Part shown: piece by piece, positions 31,052 through 44,100 of the stretch
Numbering within the stretch: the first letter of the stretch is position 1
Layout: every line of letters starts with the position of its first letter
DNA from: an uncultured Bacteroidales bacterium
GTDB lineage: Bacteria > Bacteroidota > Bacteroidia > Bacteroidales > WCHB1-69
Direction of reading: 5' to 3'
Assembly: GCA_900319925.1 (NCBI GenBank)
Contig: ONQE01000009.1
Coordinates: 1,807 to 65,806, forward strand
DNA length: 64,000 nt
Made by a program: the position numbers and the translations under genes
The notes under the pieces: model-generated
What the model was told of the DNA's origin: nothing
Databases searched by the model: none
What the model saw: the letters and a program-made list of their open reading frames with translations, nothing else

Positions 31052-33636
<2,585 letters not shown>

Positions 33637-33649
<13 letters not shown>

Positions 33650-33671
33650 CAGTTAGTAGTTAGCAGTTAGC
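33637..33671. repeat. Heptamer array GGTTAAC/AGTTAGC/AGTTAGT x5 (GCAGTTA family)
   Basis: The purD reading frame ends in it (GTT AAC AGT TAG, stop at 33647-33649). Confidence 0.9.
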
Positions 33672-33680
33672 GACAAACTC

Positions 33681-33750
33681 TAACCCCTAACCCCTAACCC
33701 ATAACCCTTAAACCATAAACCATAAACCTTAAACCTTAACCCATAAGCCG
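33681..33750. repeat. Heptamer array TAACCCC/TAACCCA/TAAACCA/TAAACCT x10 (reverse complement of the GGTTTAA family)
   Basis: Units counted in register every 7 nt. The pnuC stop (TAA, 33736-33738, minus strand) is inside the array. Confidence 0.9.
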
Positions 33751-34323
33751 TTTCCACCGGAAATATCCGAGGACGGCAACGATAACATACACGGTGTATA
33801 GGATGGCCGTCGGGTAGAGCCCTTTCCAGAAATAGAGTGCCACGCAAACGACGTTCACGATGACCCAGAACAGCCACTGTTCGAGGTATTTCCGTGACAG
33901 CATCCACATAGCCACGATGCTGAGCGAGGTGGTGAAGGCGTCGCCGAGCGGTACTGGGCTGTCGGTGAAGTTGCGCAGAATCAGGAATAGGAGCATCCAC
34001 AGCCCGATGGAAACGAGCAGTAATGGTAGCCACAGTCGTTTGGGAGTGCGGCAGATGGTCAATTCCTCGCTTACGGAGTCATTGCTCACCCCTTTATGTC
34101 TTCGGGAGGCAGTCCACTTCATCAAACCGTAGGCGTTGGCACCGATGTAATAGACTTGCAACGCCGCGTCAGCGTAAAACTTACCGGTCATATAGACGAT
34201 GACGTAGAACACCGACATCAGGATGCCGACGGGCCAGAGCCAGACGTTGGCCTTGTACTCCAAAAAGAGGTAGGTTAGCCCGATGATGGCGGCGACAATC
34301 TCGATAATCAAATCCACTGACAT
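33736..34323 (-). CDS. pnuC: Nicotinamide riboside transporter PnuC
   Basis: Contains LEYKANVWLWPVGI and WL.W..VN..C..LYFWKGLY, as in the PnuC family. I chose the start at MSVDLIIEIV, downstream of the -7 box. Confidence 0.8.
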   Translation of the reverse strand: MSVDLIIEIVAAIIGLTYLFLEYKANVWLWPVGILMSVFYVIVYMTGKFYADAALQVYYIGANAYGLMKWTASRRHKGVSNDSVSEELTICRTPKRLWLPLLLVSIGLWMLLFLILRNFTDSPVPLGDAFTTSLSIVAMWMLSRKYLEQWLFWVIVNVVCVALYFWKGLYPTAILYTVYVIVAVLGYFRWKRLMG

Positions 34324-34348
34324 AATGCGCATTCTTAAAAAACGGCGG

Positions 34349-34356
34349 CAAAAGTA
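34349..34356 (-). promoter_or_regulatory. -7 box TActTTTG upstream of pnuC
   Basis: The plus strand reads caaaagta, 26 nt upstream of the ATG at 34323. Confidence 0.55.
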
Positions 34357-34440
34357 GAAAATTATTTCCACAATAGAATGATTAACGTGGCGTTGTTCAT
34401 AAAAAATGCAAATGCGTTTTGATGAAACGACAATATCTGT

Positions 34441-34448
34441 TATTTTTG
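34441..34448 (+). promoter_or_regulatory. -7 box TAttTTTG upstream of the M23 peptidase gene
   Basis: Lies 19 nt upstream of the ATG at 34467. This argues against the longer ORF-track start at 34419. Confidence 0.55.
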
Positions 34449-34466
34449 CAAGTTATATTTCTGTGT

Positions 34467-35771
34467 ATGAAGATTTTCAAAAATAGACGCGGTTTTGTTG
34501 CCCTTTGCGCACTCTTTCTGGCGTGGGCACTGCTCATTCCGGCATTTGGTTTTGCCCAAAGCGGTAAGAGCAGTACTCAGCTCAAGAAGGACAAGCAGAA
34601 GATTGAGAACGAGATCGCCAACACGCAGAAGTTGCTGAAGAAGACAGAGTCGAACCAGAAGGCGGCCGTGCAACAGGCGGCCCTCTTGCGCAAGCAGATC
34701 CAGAATCGCGAGAAGTTGATCACCAACCTCAACTCACAGATTATCCAGATGGAAGATGAGCAGGAGCAGAACCAGCAGGAGATCAATAGCTTGGAGAAGC
34801 GTCTTGCCTATATGAAAGCCGACTACGCACAGCTGGTGTACAACGCCTACCGCAACCGCCGTTTCCTCGACAAGGTGACGTTCATCCTTGCTGCCGACGA
34901 TTTCTCGCAGATGTTCCGGCGGATGCGCTACTACGCCATCTTCTCCCGCAACGTGCGTGAGCAGGCCGCCCAGATTCGGAAAACCACCGAGGAGTTGACC
35001 AAGAAGAACGAGCAGATTGTGATGCTGAAAAACGACAAGCTGACGACGTTGTCCTCCAAGGAGCAGGAAATCAAGAGTCTGGAGAATGACCGCAAGAAGA
35101 AGACGCAGAATGCCGAGAAGCTGAAAAAAGAGTCGCAGAAGCTGAGCTCGGAGCTGAAGAAGAAACAGCAGCAGCGCAAGGAGATTGATGCCGCCATACA
35201 ACGGGCGGTGAAGGCCGAGATTGCCAAAGCCAACGCCAATCGGAGCAAGTCGAGCAAGTCCTCCTCTTCCGGAAAGAGTGGCTCGTCCGGTACGGCATCG
35301 TCCTCCTCCTCGAAATCATCCACCGCCATCACGCTGACCCCGGAGGAGCAGACGCTCAACGCCTCTTTCGTCAGCAATAAGGGCAGGCTGCCGTGGCCGG
35401 TGGCCAAGGGTGCCAAGGTCTGCGACTTCGGCAATTACCCGCATCCTGATGTCCCCTCTGTGATGATCGACAACCACGGTATTGACATTATGGTCGAATC
35501 CGGATCGCCCGCCCGCGCCGTCTTCGAAGGGGTGGTCACCGCCGTGATGCCCATCATGGGCACCAAGGTCGTGATGATTCGTCATGGCGAATATATTACC
35601 GTCTATCAGAATCTTGCCTCGACAAGCGTCAAGGTCGGCGACAAAGTCTCCACCAAGCAGACGATCGGCACGGTGGCCAAGAGCGCGTCGTCGAGCACCT
35701 ACGAACTGCACTTCGAAATTTGGAAGAACGACCATTACGTGAACCCCAACGAGTGGCTGGCCCGAAAGTAA
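34467..35771 (+). CDS. M23 family peptidoglycan metalloendopeptidase / EnvC-like murein hydrolase activator with a long coiled coil
   Basis: Signal peptide, a Q/K/E-rich coiled coil, a Ser-rich linker, and a C-terminal LytM domain (HGIDIMV, GEYITVYQNL, YELHFEIW). Confidence 0.85.
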   Translation: MKIFKNRRGFVALCALFLAWALLIPAFGFAQSGKSSTQLKKDKQKIENEIANTQKLLKKTESNQKAAVQQAALLRKQIQNREKLITNLNSQIIQMEDEQEQNQQEINSLEKRLAYMKADYAQLVYNAYRNRRFLDKVTFILAADDFSQMFRRMRYYAIFSRNVREQAAQIRKTTEELTKKNEQIVMLKNDKLTTLSSKEQEIKSLENDRKKKTQNAEKLKKESQKLSSELKKKQQQRKEIDAAIQRAVKAEIAKANANRSKSSKSSSSGKSGSSGTASSSSSKSSTAITLTPEEQTLNASFVSNKGRLPWPVAKGAKVCDFGNYPHPDVPSVMIDNHGIDIMVESGSPARAVFEGVVTAVMPIMGTKVVMIRHGEYITVYQNLASTSVKVGDKVSTKQTIGTVAKSASSSTYELHFEIWKNDHYVNPNEWLARK

Positions 35772-35777
35772 CCGACT

Positions 35778-36386
35778 ATGCTGATCAAGACTGCCGAATA
35801 CCTGCAAAGCGAAGCCGACTGGCGCAAGTGCCCGGTCCCGAACCTGCCCGAGTACGCCTTCATCGGCCGCTCCAACGTGGGCAAGTCGTCGCTCATCAAT
35901 ATGCTCACCAACAACAAGAATCTCGCCAAAACCTCCTCGCAGCCGGGTAAGACTCAAACAATCAACCATTTCTTGATCAACAAGAACTGGTATCTCGTGG
36001 ATTTGCCCGGATACGGCTTTGCCAAAACCTCCAAGACCAACCGCACGAAGTGGGCCAAGATGATCTCCGACTACCTGCTCTTCCGTGAGAACCTCCAGAT
36101 TGTCTTTGTTCTGGTGGACGCGCGCCTCGAGCCCCAGCGCATCGACATCGACTTTATCAACAATCTCGGCGAAAGCGGCATCCCGTTCGCTATCATCTTC
36201 ACCAAGACCGACAAGAACTCCGCTGGCAAGACGATGAGCAATGTCCAGAAGATGAAAAACACCCTTGCGGAGACTTGGGAGGAGATGCCGATGATGTTCA
36301 AATCCTCGGCGGTCTCGGGTGCGGGCAAAGAGGAGATTTTAGATTACATTGACGGAATCAACAACAAATTTACGCAAACCCTTTGA
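35778..36386 (+). CDS. engB: Ribosome biogenesis GTP-binding protein YihA/EngB
   Basis: G1 motif [13 protein letters not shown]3 motif DLPGYG and G4 motif TKTDK. Confidence 0.9.
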   Translation: MLIKTAEYLQSEADWRKCPVPNLPEYAFIGRSNVGKSSLINMLTNNKNLAKTSSQPGKTQTINHFLINKNWYLVDLPGYGFAKTSKTNRTKWAKMISDYLLFRENLQIVFVLVDARLEPQRIDIDFINNLGESGIPFAIIFTKTDKNSAGKTMSNVQKMKNTLAETWEEMPMMFKSSAVSGAGKEEILDYIDGINNKFTQTL

Positions 36387-36404
36387 AAGCGGACGGTTTT
36401 TTCT

Positions 36405-36878
36405 ATGTCCCGTAAAACCAACAATATACCTATGAGACAGTACATTATCACAATGGTGGCGGCGACTCTGATTCTGACGGGGTGCGGCTGCAAAACATCC
36501 AAGAGAAGCGTCGGCGACGAGCATTATCCCCTTGTTGGGACGCAATGGAATCTCGTGAAGTTAGACGGTAAGGAGATTGGCGCCGATTTCGCGTTGCGCC
36601 CGTTCCTCACGTTCGATACGGTTGGCGGCGTGCAGGGCAATCTCGGCTGCAATTCCTTCTTTGGGGAGTATTCCGTCAATAAGAAACACAAGATGACCCT
36701 CGGTTTCCAGGGCGCCACCAAGCGCCTCTGCCAACAGATGGAGGTGGAGAGGGCGTTTATGAAGGCGCTCAAGCGGGAGATCACGCGCTATGAGATTCAA
36801 GGCGAGGAGCTCATCCTCTATGCCGGGGATGACGAGGTGATGCGCTTCACCGGGGTCGATTTGGGCAAGGTGGAGTAG
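36405..36878 (+). CDS. META domain (HslJ-like) lipoprotein
   Basis: Lipobox LTGC and a GCNSFFGEY motif, typical of META domains. Confidence 0.7.
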   Translation: MSRKTNNIPMRQYIITMVAATLILTGCGCKTSKRSVGDEHYPLVGTQWNLVKLDGKEIGADFALRPFLTFDTVGGVQGNLGCNSFFGEYSVNKKHKMTLGFQGATKRLCQQMEVERAFMKALKREITRYEIQGEELILYAGDDEVMRFTGVDLGKVE

Positions 36879-36883
36879 CCTCG

Positions 36884-38275
36884 TTACAACATCGGGGTGC
36901 AATCCAGCGTTTCCGGTAAGGATTCCATGCTGAATGACTTATCCAAAGGCAGAATCAGGATTCTGTCTTTTTTTGTGTCGCCGGTGCCCAAGTCCATGTC
37001 GCTGTGGAAAATGGGCTGGATATCCGTGGCTTTATAGCCGAATTGGTCGTAGAAGGCCACTACTTCTTCGTCGGAGGGAATCAGGAAGGAGAAGGTTGCC
37101 CCGCTTTCGCGACAATGTTCCAGCAGGTTGCGTACCAATCGGGTGGAAATCCCTTGGTGTCGGAATTCCGGCAGGGTGGCAACGCCGTACAGGTATGCTC
37201 CCAACCCGAATGCCGTCTGGCAAGGAATGGTGAACGCCATAGCCACGATGTGCCCGTCCACTTTCTCCGTCATGGCGCAATGTCCGAAATGGTAGCGTGC
37301 CAGGAACGGGTAGACCGACGGGTCGTCAGCGCCGAAGCAAGTCCTCCACACATGGACGATGTCGCGCATATCGTCGGTGAGCTTCAGCGCGGTGGTCTTG
37401 TAAGCCATCTCCACGGGCTCGTACGACATCTTCGCTTTCCGCAGTCCGGCCATGCCCATGTCCTCTTCGCGGTTGATAAGCGTGTAGTTTTCGGGCAGGT
37501 GCAGGGCAAACTGTTGGTTGATCATCTGGTAGGCACCCTCATAGCGGATGTCCGCCTTCTCCACGTGGGTGCAGAACATCGTCTCGTTGACTGCGGATCC
37601 GTAGGTAAAGGCAATAAGCTGATTATCAACATACAGTGCACCTCCGATGAGTTCCAGTTCTTCAAAGTGTTGCAATGCCTGTTGGATGACGATACGTTCC
37701 GCCAAAGCGGATTCGTCATCGGCGTGTTCGGCAATCCATTCTTCCTCCAATCGCAGGCAGTCGTTGATGTTTTCCTGCGTGATGGATGTATATTCGAAGT
37801 GGTACAGCGAGTTGAATTTGTTGACGTGGTTGCGTTTTTGAGCGAACTTACGACCCTTGAGCGTGCGCAGGTCTTCAGCCCGGTAGATGTAGTCGGCGAA
37901 GTCGCGGTTGCGGTCAAAGATGAAAGTGTCAGGGAGTTGTTGTTTCAGGAGAGTACATTCGGCTTCGGTGAGACCCATCAGCGAGAGCGTAAGCCCCTGT
38001 GCCGCGGCATCGGCCTCCACGTTCGGGATAATCTCCTCGTAATGAGGGGTTTCATCCCGAGATAGGACGATGTATGCGGCCCGGCGTTCCCCGTTGATGT
38101 AAGCGCGGACAACCAGCCAGCCGTCCGACTCCGCCCATGCGGTGCGGTAGTAGTGTTGCCAGCAGAAGAGGTTGTTGAAGGTGCGGTCGCAAGTGCGGGA
38201 GTTTTTCGTCAAGTAGGGTTGAAGAATCTCCCGGTGCTGAATTTCGACGGATTGAAAGTGTAATGGTTTTGTCAT
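36884..38275 (-). CDS. Two-domain protein: DUF2156-like (MprF C-terminal-like) domain plus GNAT N-acetyltransferase
   Basis: The N-terminus contains FNNLFCWQHYY. The C-terminal GNAT region contains VATLPEFRHQGISTRLV. Confidence 0.6.
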   Translation of the reverse strand: MTKPLHFQSVEIQHREILQPYLTKNSRTCDRTFNNLFCWQHYYRTAWAESDGWLVVRAYINGERRAAYIVLSRDETPHYEEIIPNVEADAAAQGLTLSLMGLTEAECTLLKQQLPDTFIFDRNRDFADYIYRAEDLRTLKGRKFAQKRNHVNKFNSLYHFEYTSITQENINDCLRLEEEWIAEHADDESALAERIVIQQALQHFEELELIGGALYVDNQLIAFTYGSAVNETMFCTHVEKADIRYEGAYQMINQQFALHLPENYTLINREEDMGMAGLRKAKMSYEPVEMAYKTTALKLTDDMRDIVHVWRTCFGADDPSVYPFLARYHFGHCAMTEKVDGHIVAMAFTIPCQTAFGLGAYLYGVATLPEFRHQGISTRLVRNLLEHCRESGATFSFLIPSDEEVVAFYDQFGYKATDIQPIFHSDMDLGTGDTKKDRILILPLDKSFSMESLPETLDCTPML

Positions 38276-38283
38276 AAAGGGAT

Positions 38284-38319
38284 AAAAAACAGACCTCTCC
38301 CGAAAGGAAAGAGGTCTGT
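38284..38319 (-). terminator. Rho-independent terminator after the gldJ-like gene
   Basis: The minus strand reads ACAGACCTCT-N11-AGAGGTCTGT followed by TTTTTTAT, 22 nt after the stop. Confidence 0.8.
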
Positions 38320-38341
38320 AGTGCTTGTTCTTGATGGGACG

Positions 38342-39844
38342 TTAGCGTTTGCCGCCCTTGCCTTGGGTTTGGGAGCCCACGCGGGACATAGCGCAGCGGA
38401 AGCCGATGTAGTCGGTGGCTTCATCTTCGTCGAGATAGCGGCGGGCGCCGGGGGAGGACCAGTAAGGGATATCCTTCCAGGAGCCGCCCTTATAGACGCG
38501 GGCGTGGTCGCTCACGAGGGAGAAGTCGTAGTTGGCGGAGGTCTTGGCGTACATCATATCGGTAGCCTCCTCGTTGGTGGTGGCGTTCTTCCAGTCGTCC
38601 ATGCTCTTGAGGGACTGCCAGTCACCGTCGAGGTAGTTCTTGTTGTCGGCGGCGCGGTAGTTGCGGCGGCGGTCGTTCTTGAAGTCGGAGACGGGAACCA
38701 TCGGGATTTTACCCACGCTGTCACGTTCGGCGACGGTACCGTCTTCGAGCAGCTTCTTGGTTTCGAAGTAGTTACCACGGAACGGGTTGTATTCGGTCAC
38801 GTCATCGTGGGAGGATTGTCTATAGACATCCATCACCCATTCGGACACGTTACCGCCCATTTGGTAGAGGCCGTAATCGTTGGGCCAGTCGGACATCACC
38901 TCTTTGGTGTAGAATCCGTTGTCGTTGAGGGCACTGGCGACACCCATATAGTCGCCGCGGCCACGGCGGACGTTGTTCATGTAGTCGCCGTAGTATTTCT
39001 TGTCTTCGGTACGCAGTTGGGATCCGTTCCAAGGATAGACTTTACGTTCAAGCACGCGCTCGTTGAGGGTGTTCCCGATGGTGGAGTAGGCTGCGTATTC
39101 CCATTCGGCTTCGGTGGGGAGGCGGTATTTGGGCAGCAGGATGCCGTCTTCCATTTTCACGTTGCGGTACTCACCGCTGGAGATGTAGCGCAGACGTTTC
39201 TGGCCTTCAGCCTCGTAGGATTCGTAGGTCAGGTAGGCGTCGGTGTTGAAATAGCCTTCAGCAGAGGGAGTTTCGGCGAATTCGATGTAGCCGCGGTCCA
39301 CGAGGATCTGCTCGTTGACGCGGTCGGTACGCCAGGCTGCGTAGTTGGTGGCTTGCAGCCAGTTGACACCCACCACGGGGTAGTAGCGGTAGGCGGGGTG
39401 GCGGAGGTAGTTCTCCACCATCGGCTCGTTGTAACCTAAGCGGTCGCGCCACACGGCTTCGTCGGGCATAGCGTTGTCATACACCACTTTGAGGTCTTGC
39501 GGGATGAAGACGCGCTCGAGCCAATAGAGGTATTCGAGGTAGTCGACATTGGCGATCTCGCACTCGTCCATATAGAAGGAGGCGACGGAGACGCGGCGGG
39601 GCGTGTTGTTCCAGTCCTTCATCACGTCCTCTTCCATCTGGCCCATCACGAAGGTACCGCCCTCGATGAAGACGAGGCCGGGGCCTGTGGCCTGCTCCTC
39701 GAACGGAGCCACCTCGAAGCCGCCGTTCTTGGCATCGTTGTAGTTCCAGCCGGTGGTGGCGGATTTCTGTTTCTTACATGCGGACATGCTCAGCAGCAGA
39801 GCCGCGATGGTGAACAATCCGAATAATTTCTTTGCTGTATTCAT
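38342..39844 (-). CDS. gldJ: GldJ/PorK-family lipoprotein (SUMF1/formylglycine-generating-enzyme fold), T9SS-associated
   Basis: Lipobox MSAC, then TGWNYND.KNGGF, GPGLVFIEGGTFVMG, RVSVASFYMDE.E..N and HPAYRYYPVVGVNW. It neighbours porP-like, porU and porV genes. Confidence 0.72.
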   Translation of the reverse strand: MNTAKKLFGLFTIAALLLSMSACKKQKSATTGWNYNDAKNGGFEVAPFEEQATGPGLVFIEGGTFVMGQMEEDVMKDWNNTPRRVSVASFYMDECEIANVDYLEYLYWLERVFIPQDLKVVYDNAMPDEAVWRDRLGYNEPMVENYLRHPAYRYYPVVGVNWLQATNYAAWRTDRVNEQILVDRGYIEFAETPSAEGYFNTDAYLTYESYEAEGQKRLRYISSGEYRNVKMEDGILLPKYRLPTEAEWEYAAYSTIGNTLNERVLERKVYPWNGSQLRTEDKKYYGDYMNNVRRGRGDYMGVASALNDNGFYTKEVMSDWPNDYGLYQMGGNVSEWVMDVYRQSSHDDVTEYNPFRGNYFETKKLLEDGTVAERDSVGKIPMVPVSDFKNDRRRNYRAADNKNYLDGDWQSLKSMDDWKNATTNEEATDMMYAKTSANYDFSLVSDHARVYKGGSWKDIPYWSSPGARRYLDEDEATDYIGFRCAMSRVGSQTQGKGGKR

Positions 39845-39889
39845 TTCCTATTACTGTTTTTCTGTTTTGATTTTGCCTTGAATGGATGA

Positions 39890-40969
39890 TTAGAAAGACG
39901 GGCAGTTGAGGTCTTTCAGAGCCTTGCGCTTGTTGGGGCAGGGCAGGAGGAACTGGAGGGAGACCTCGTGCGCGCCACCGGAGTAGTTGGCTAATTTGCT
40001 GATGGTTGCGTCATACGAATAGGCCACTTTGAACCATTCGTACTCCACACCGAACATCACGATGAAAGCGTCCATGTTGTGGTAGGAGATAGGCTGGGTG
40101 ATGGCGTTGCCGAGGGTGTCGATTCCCTCGAATACTTCGCCCTTGTAGGTGAGGCCGTGACGCAGCCACATGCCGAGGGTGAAGGGGTAGAAGTTGAGGT
40201 AGAAGCCTTCGCTGAAGTAGTTGAAGTTCTGCTGGTGTTGGTAGATGAAGTTCGGGCTGATGGAGATGTCGCCGAAGGAGGTTTCCTTCTTGCTCTTGCG
40301 TTTGAGGTCGAAGTAGGCGCCGACGTGGGCGGTCCACTTCACGGGACGATAGTCGTAGGCGCCCAATCCGTTGGAGATGAAGCCTCTGGCGCCGATGATG
40401 GGCACGATGTGGTGGGCGGCCATGCCGAAGTAGAAGTGCGGGGTGTAGCCCAAGAAGCCGGCGGCCATGTCAAACGAGTGGATAGTCAGCTGGTTGGGTT
40501 GTATCTCGGCGGTCTGGTAGATGACGCCGTACTTGGGGTCGATCATGTCGCCGAAAACGAGCCTGTCCCAATTCAGGCTACGGTTCTCGTAGGTGGCCTG
40601 CAGGGCGAAGCGCATGTTGAACTTCTTGGAGACCTTCAATTTGAAGGAGTACATCACGCTGGCCGTGTAGGTGTTGATGATGCCGCCCTCGCCGGCGCGG
40701 TCACCGAAGAGCAACACACCGACACCGCCCGACAACTTGTCGAAGTGCTCGTCGTAAGAGCCCGTGAACGTCATGAAAGTTCCGGGTGCCGACGGCCACT
40801 GGTCGCGGAAGTTGAACGTCAGGCGCGGGCAGACGTTGGTGCCCGCGAATGCCGGATTCAGGTACAGGGGGTTCGCGTAATACTGCGAAAACAAGGCGTC
40901 CTGCGCAGACACACGCAATCCTGCAAAGGCCAATACGACAGTGATTATGACAACAATTCGCTTATTCAT
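39890..40969 (-). CDS. Type IX secretion system membrane protein, PorP/SprF family
   Basis: Signal peptide followed by QDALFSQYYANPLYLNPAFAG, the hallmark N-terminal motif of PorP/SprF beta-barrels. Confidence 0.8.
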   Translation of the reverse strand: MNKRIVVIITVVLAFAGLRVSAQDALFSQYYANPLYLNPAFAGTNVCPRLTFNFRDQWPSAPGTFMTFTGSYDEHFDKLSGGVGVLLFGDRAGEGGIINTYTASVMYSFKLKVSKKFNMRFALQATYENRSLNWDRLVFGDMIDPKYGVIYQTAEIQPNQLTIHSFDMAAGFLGYTPHFYFGMAAHHIVPIIGARGFISNGLGAYDYRPVKWTAHVGAYFDLKRKSKKETSFGDISISPNFIYQHQQNFNYFSEGFYLNFYPFTLGMWLRHGLTYKGEVFEGIDTLGNAITQPISYHNMDAFIVMFGVEYEWFKVAYSYDATISKLANYSGGAHEVSLQFLLPCPNKRKALKDLNCPSF

Positions 40970-40991
40970 ACTCGTTTATATTTATAGCGGG

Positions 40992-40999
40992 CAAAGATA
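40992..40999 (-). promoter_or_regulatory. -7 box TAtcTTTG upstream of the porP/sprF-like gene
   Basis: The plus strand reads caaagata, 23 nt upstream of the ATG at 40969. Confidence 0.55.
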
Positions 41000-41108
41000 C
41001 AAAATTATTAAACGCTCTCCACTCTTTTTTTGTTACAAAATTTCTTGCAATAATAACAACGGCATTTCGTTACCGATTATTGTGACTTTCTAACCTAATT
41101 AACGGAAA

Positions 41109-44100
41109 ATGACAAGAAAATCTTGGGTGCAAGTTTTAATTTTTATACTGATAATCTTTCAAGTTGCTGATAGTCAGGCTCAAACGATACAAAAAAAATA
41201 TTCGATTCGATGGGAAGAGCCCTATCTGAACACCTTCTCCGACGGGTCTCAACAGGAGTTTCTCGCCTTTGACGGTGCCTCGTACGGGTATGATTACCCC
41301 GACCTGCCGTTTTTTTATGAGGCCATCCCTGTTGATAAATTTTTTACCGAATACGATGTCCGGGTCGTGGCGCAGGAGTTTGCCGATATGCCCGCCCGCG
41401 AGGCGGCGCTCATGCCCCAGGACTTCCATCGTAAAACCGTTGACTACCAAGTGGTTTCCGCATACGATCGTCGCAGCGTTTTCGCCCGTCTCTACTTCAT
41501 CCCGATAGTGGAGACCGCTCCCGGCCGTTATCAGAAACTGACCTCTGTCACGTTGGAGATCACGCCAGGTCGGGTCGCTTCCCGCAAGGGCACCCGAGGC
41601 TACGCTGCGCAGTCGGTGCTCGCCACCGGCCAGTGGTATCAATGCTCGCTGACCGAAACGGGTATCTATAAGGTTACCTATCAAGATCTTACAGCTATGG
41701 GGATGCAGACGCCCATCGCCTCTTCGCAGCTGGCAGTTTTCGGAAACGGCGGCATGATGCTGCCGGAACGCAACGGCGACCCACGTATTGATGACCTGCA
41801 GGAACTGCCCTTGGAGATGCACGACGGCGGCGACGGCTCCTTCGATAACGGCGACTACTTCCTGTTTTACGGTCTGTCGCCCCATCGGGTGTGCTATGAC
41901 ACGGCCAGCCAGCGTTTTACCCATGCCTATAACGTCTATTCTGACGAATCCTACTATTTTATGACGCAATCGCCCGGCGTTGGGGCGAAGAAACGTCTGC
42001 AAACCATTGATAACGAGAGTCTCAGCAGCACGATGTCCGTTCAGGATTTCACCTATTTCGGTTTCTACGAAGAGGATCTCACCAATTTGTGCGAGTCGGG
42101 AAAGACTTGGTTGGGTGACCGTTACGACATCACGCAGACGCACAGCTACAGTTTCCGGCTTCCGGGTGTTCCTACGGGACAAGGTCGTCTGTCGGTGCGC
42201 GCTGCCGCCTCCGCCTCCACGACATCCTCTTTTCAGGCGATGGTCAACCAGGTCGCGGCGGGCAGCTTCTCCCTGCGTTACGTCACGGGCTCCCTGCTCG
42301 TCTGTCTTACCACTGGGGAGCTCTCGTTCAACGCCTCGTCGCGGGATCTGACTGTGCAGCTGACCTACAACAAGCCGACCTCCTCCGCCGTGGGCTATCT
42401 CGACTGGATCGAAGTGGAGGTGCCCTGTGCGTTGACTTTGCGCGGCGGCCAGACGGCTTTCCGTAATCTTTCAACGGTGGGGGCGGGCAACGTCACGCAG
42501 TTCAATTTGCAGGGCGTCAGCGCATCAGCCTCTCTTTGGGACGTCACAGACCCGTCGCATGCCACCCGCATAGCGCTCACGGCCGACGGTCAGGGTTCCC
42601 ATTTCAAAGCCCGCACGGACAGTCTCTGCGAGTACATCGTCTTTGACGGTTCCAACTATTTGTCAGTAAAGCCTTTGTCCGCCATACCCAACCAGAATCT
42701 GCACGCTACGGGCAATGTCGATATGGTGATCGTGGTGCATCCCAACTTCCTTGCGCAGGCCAACCGGTTGGCGCAGTTCCGTGCCGAGAGCGATGGGTTG
42801 AATGTGAAGGTGGTCACCCCGCAGCAGGTTTACAACGAGTTCTCGAGCGGTTCTCAGGACCCCATCGCTATTCGCGACTACATGCGGATGATTTATGAGC
42901 GGACCAACCGGGAGTATCCCAAATACTTGCTGCTCTTCGGGCGCCCCAGTTACGACTTCCGGGGACGCGCTCAGGGAACGGCACTGTATGTTCCTAATTT
43001 CCAATACAATATTGAGTATATTGACAGACAGTATCCGCAGTTCAAATATATTTCTGATATGGGTCATCAATTCACGGGCGACGACCCGTTGGGGTTGCTC
43101 GATGAGAACGAAGGGTACAACGGGGACGGTATGTACGACTTGGGAGTCGGTCGTTTCCCGTGCACGAGTGTGTCGCAAGCGACCGTGGCGGTGGACAAGA
43201 GTATCCGATACACGACGAAGCGCAATTTGGTGCCGGAAGGCTCGTCACAGATTTCCAACTTCGGTGACTGGCGCAATATCATGGCATTTGTGGCGGACGA
43301 TGAGGAAGGCAACGACTTTATCTACAACGCCGACCTTTTCACCACTAAGGTGGCGGAGAGCAATCCCAACATCAATTTCGACAAGATTTACCTTGATGCC
43401 TACCAGCAGGTTTCCAACGCCGGCGGTCAGCGTTATCCTGATGCGGTGACCGATATCAACAACCGGATGAACCGAGGCTCGCTGTTCTTTATGTACATCG
43501 GGCACAGCGGCAAGGACGGTTGGGCGGCCGAACGCATTTTGGAGAACTCCGATATCACCCGCTGGACCAACAAATACAACATGCCTGGACTGATTTCGCT
43601 CTCCTGCACCTTCGCCTACTATGACCGGCTGATTCAGTCACCCTCTGACATTATGTTCTTCAACAACGAGGGCGGTCCGGTGGCGGTCATCGCCGCCGCG
43701 CGCGAGGCATGGTCGCTGCCCAATAACATCTTCGGCAGGAATTTTTTTACCCAAATGTTCCAGAAGGATGAAAATGGCAACTATTTGTCAATAAGTGATT
43801 TGGAACGGAAAGCTAAGAACCTGTCCGGAGCCGTGTCAGGAGGCGAGGGCAACAATCTGTGTATGTTCGTCACGTACGGAGACCCCTCGATAAAGTTGTC
43901 GGTGCCCCAATACAATGTGGTCACCGACTCCATCAACACCCATTCGGTGGAAGCTTCGGCGGATACGGTCCGCGCCTTGTCGAAAGTGACTGTTTGCGGC
44001 CGTGTGACAGATGAGAACATGCAGACGTTGACCTCTTTCAACGGGACGGTCTTTCCGTCGGTCTATGACAAGAAGGTCACGGTCACCACGTTGATCAACG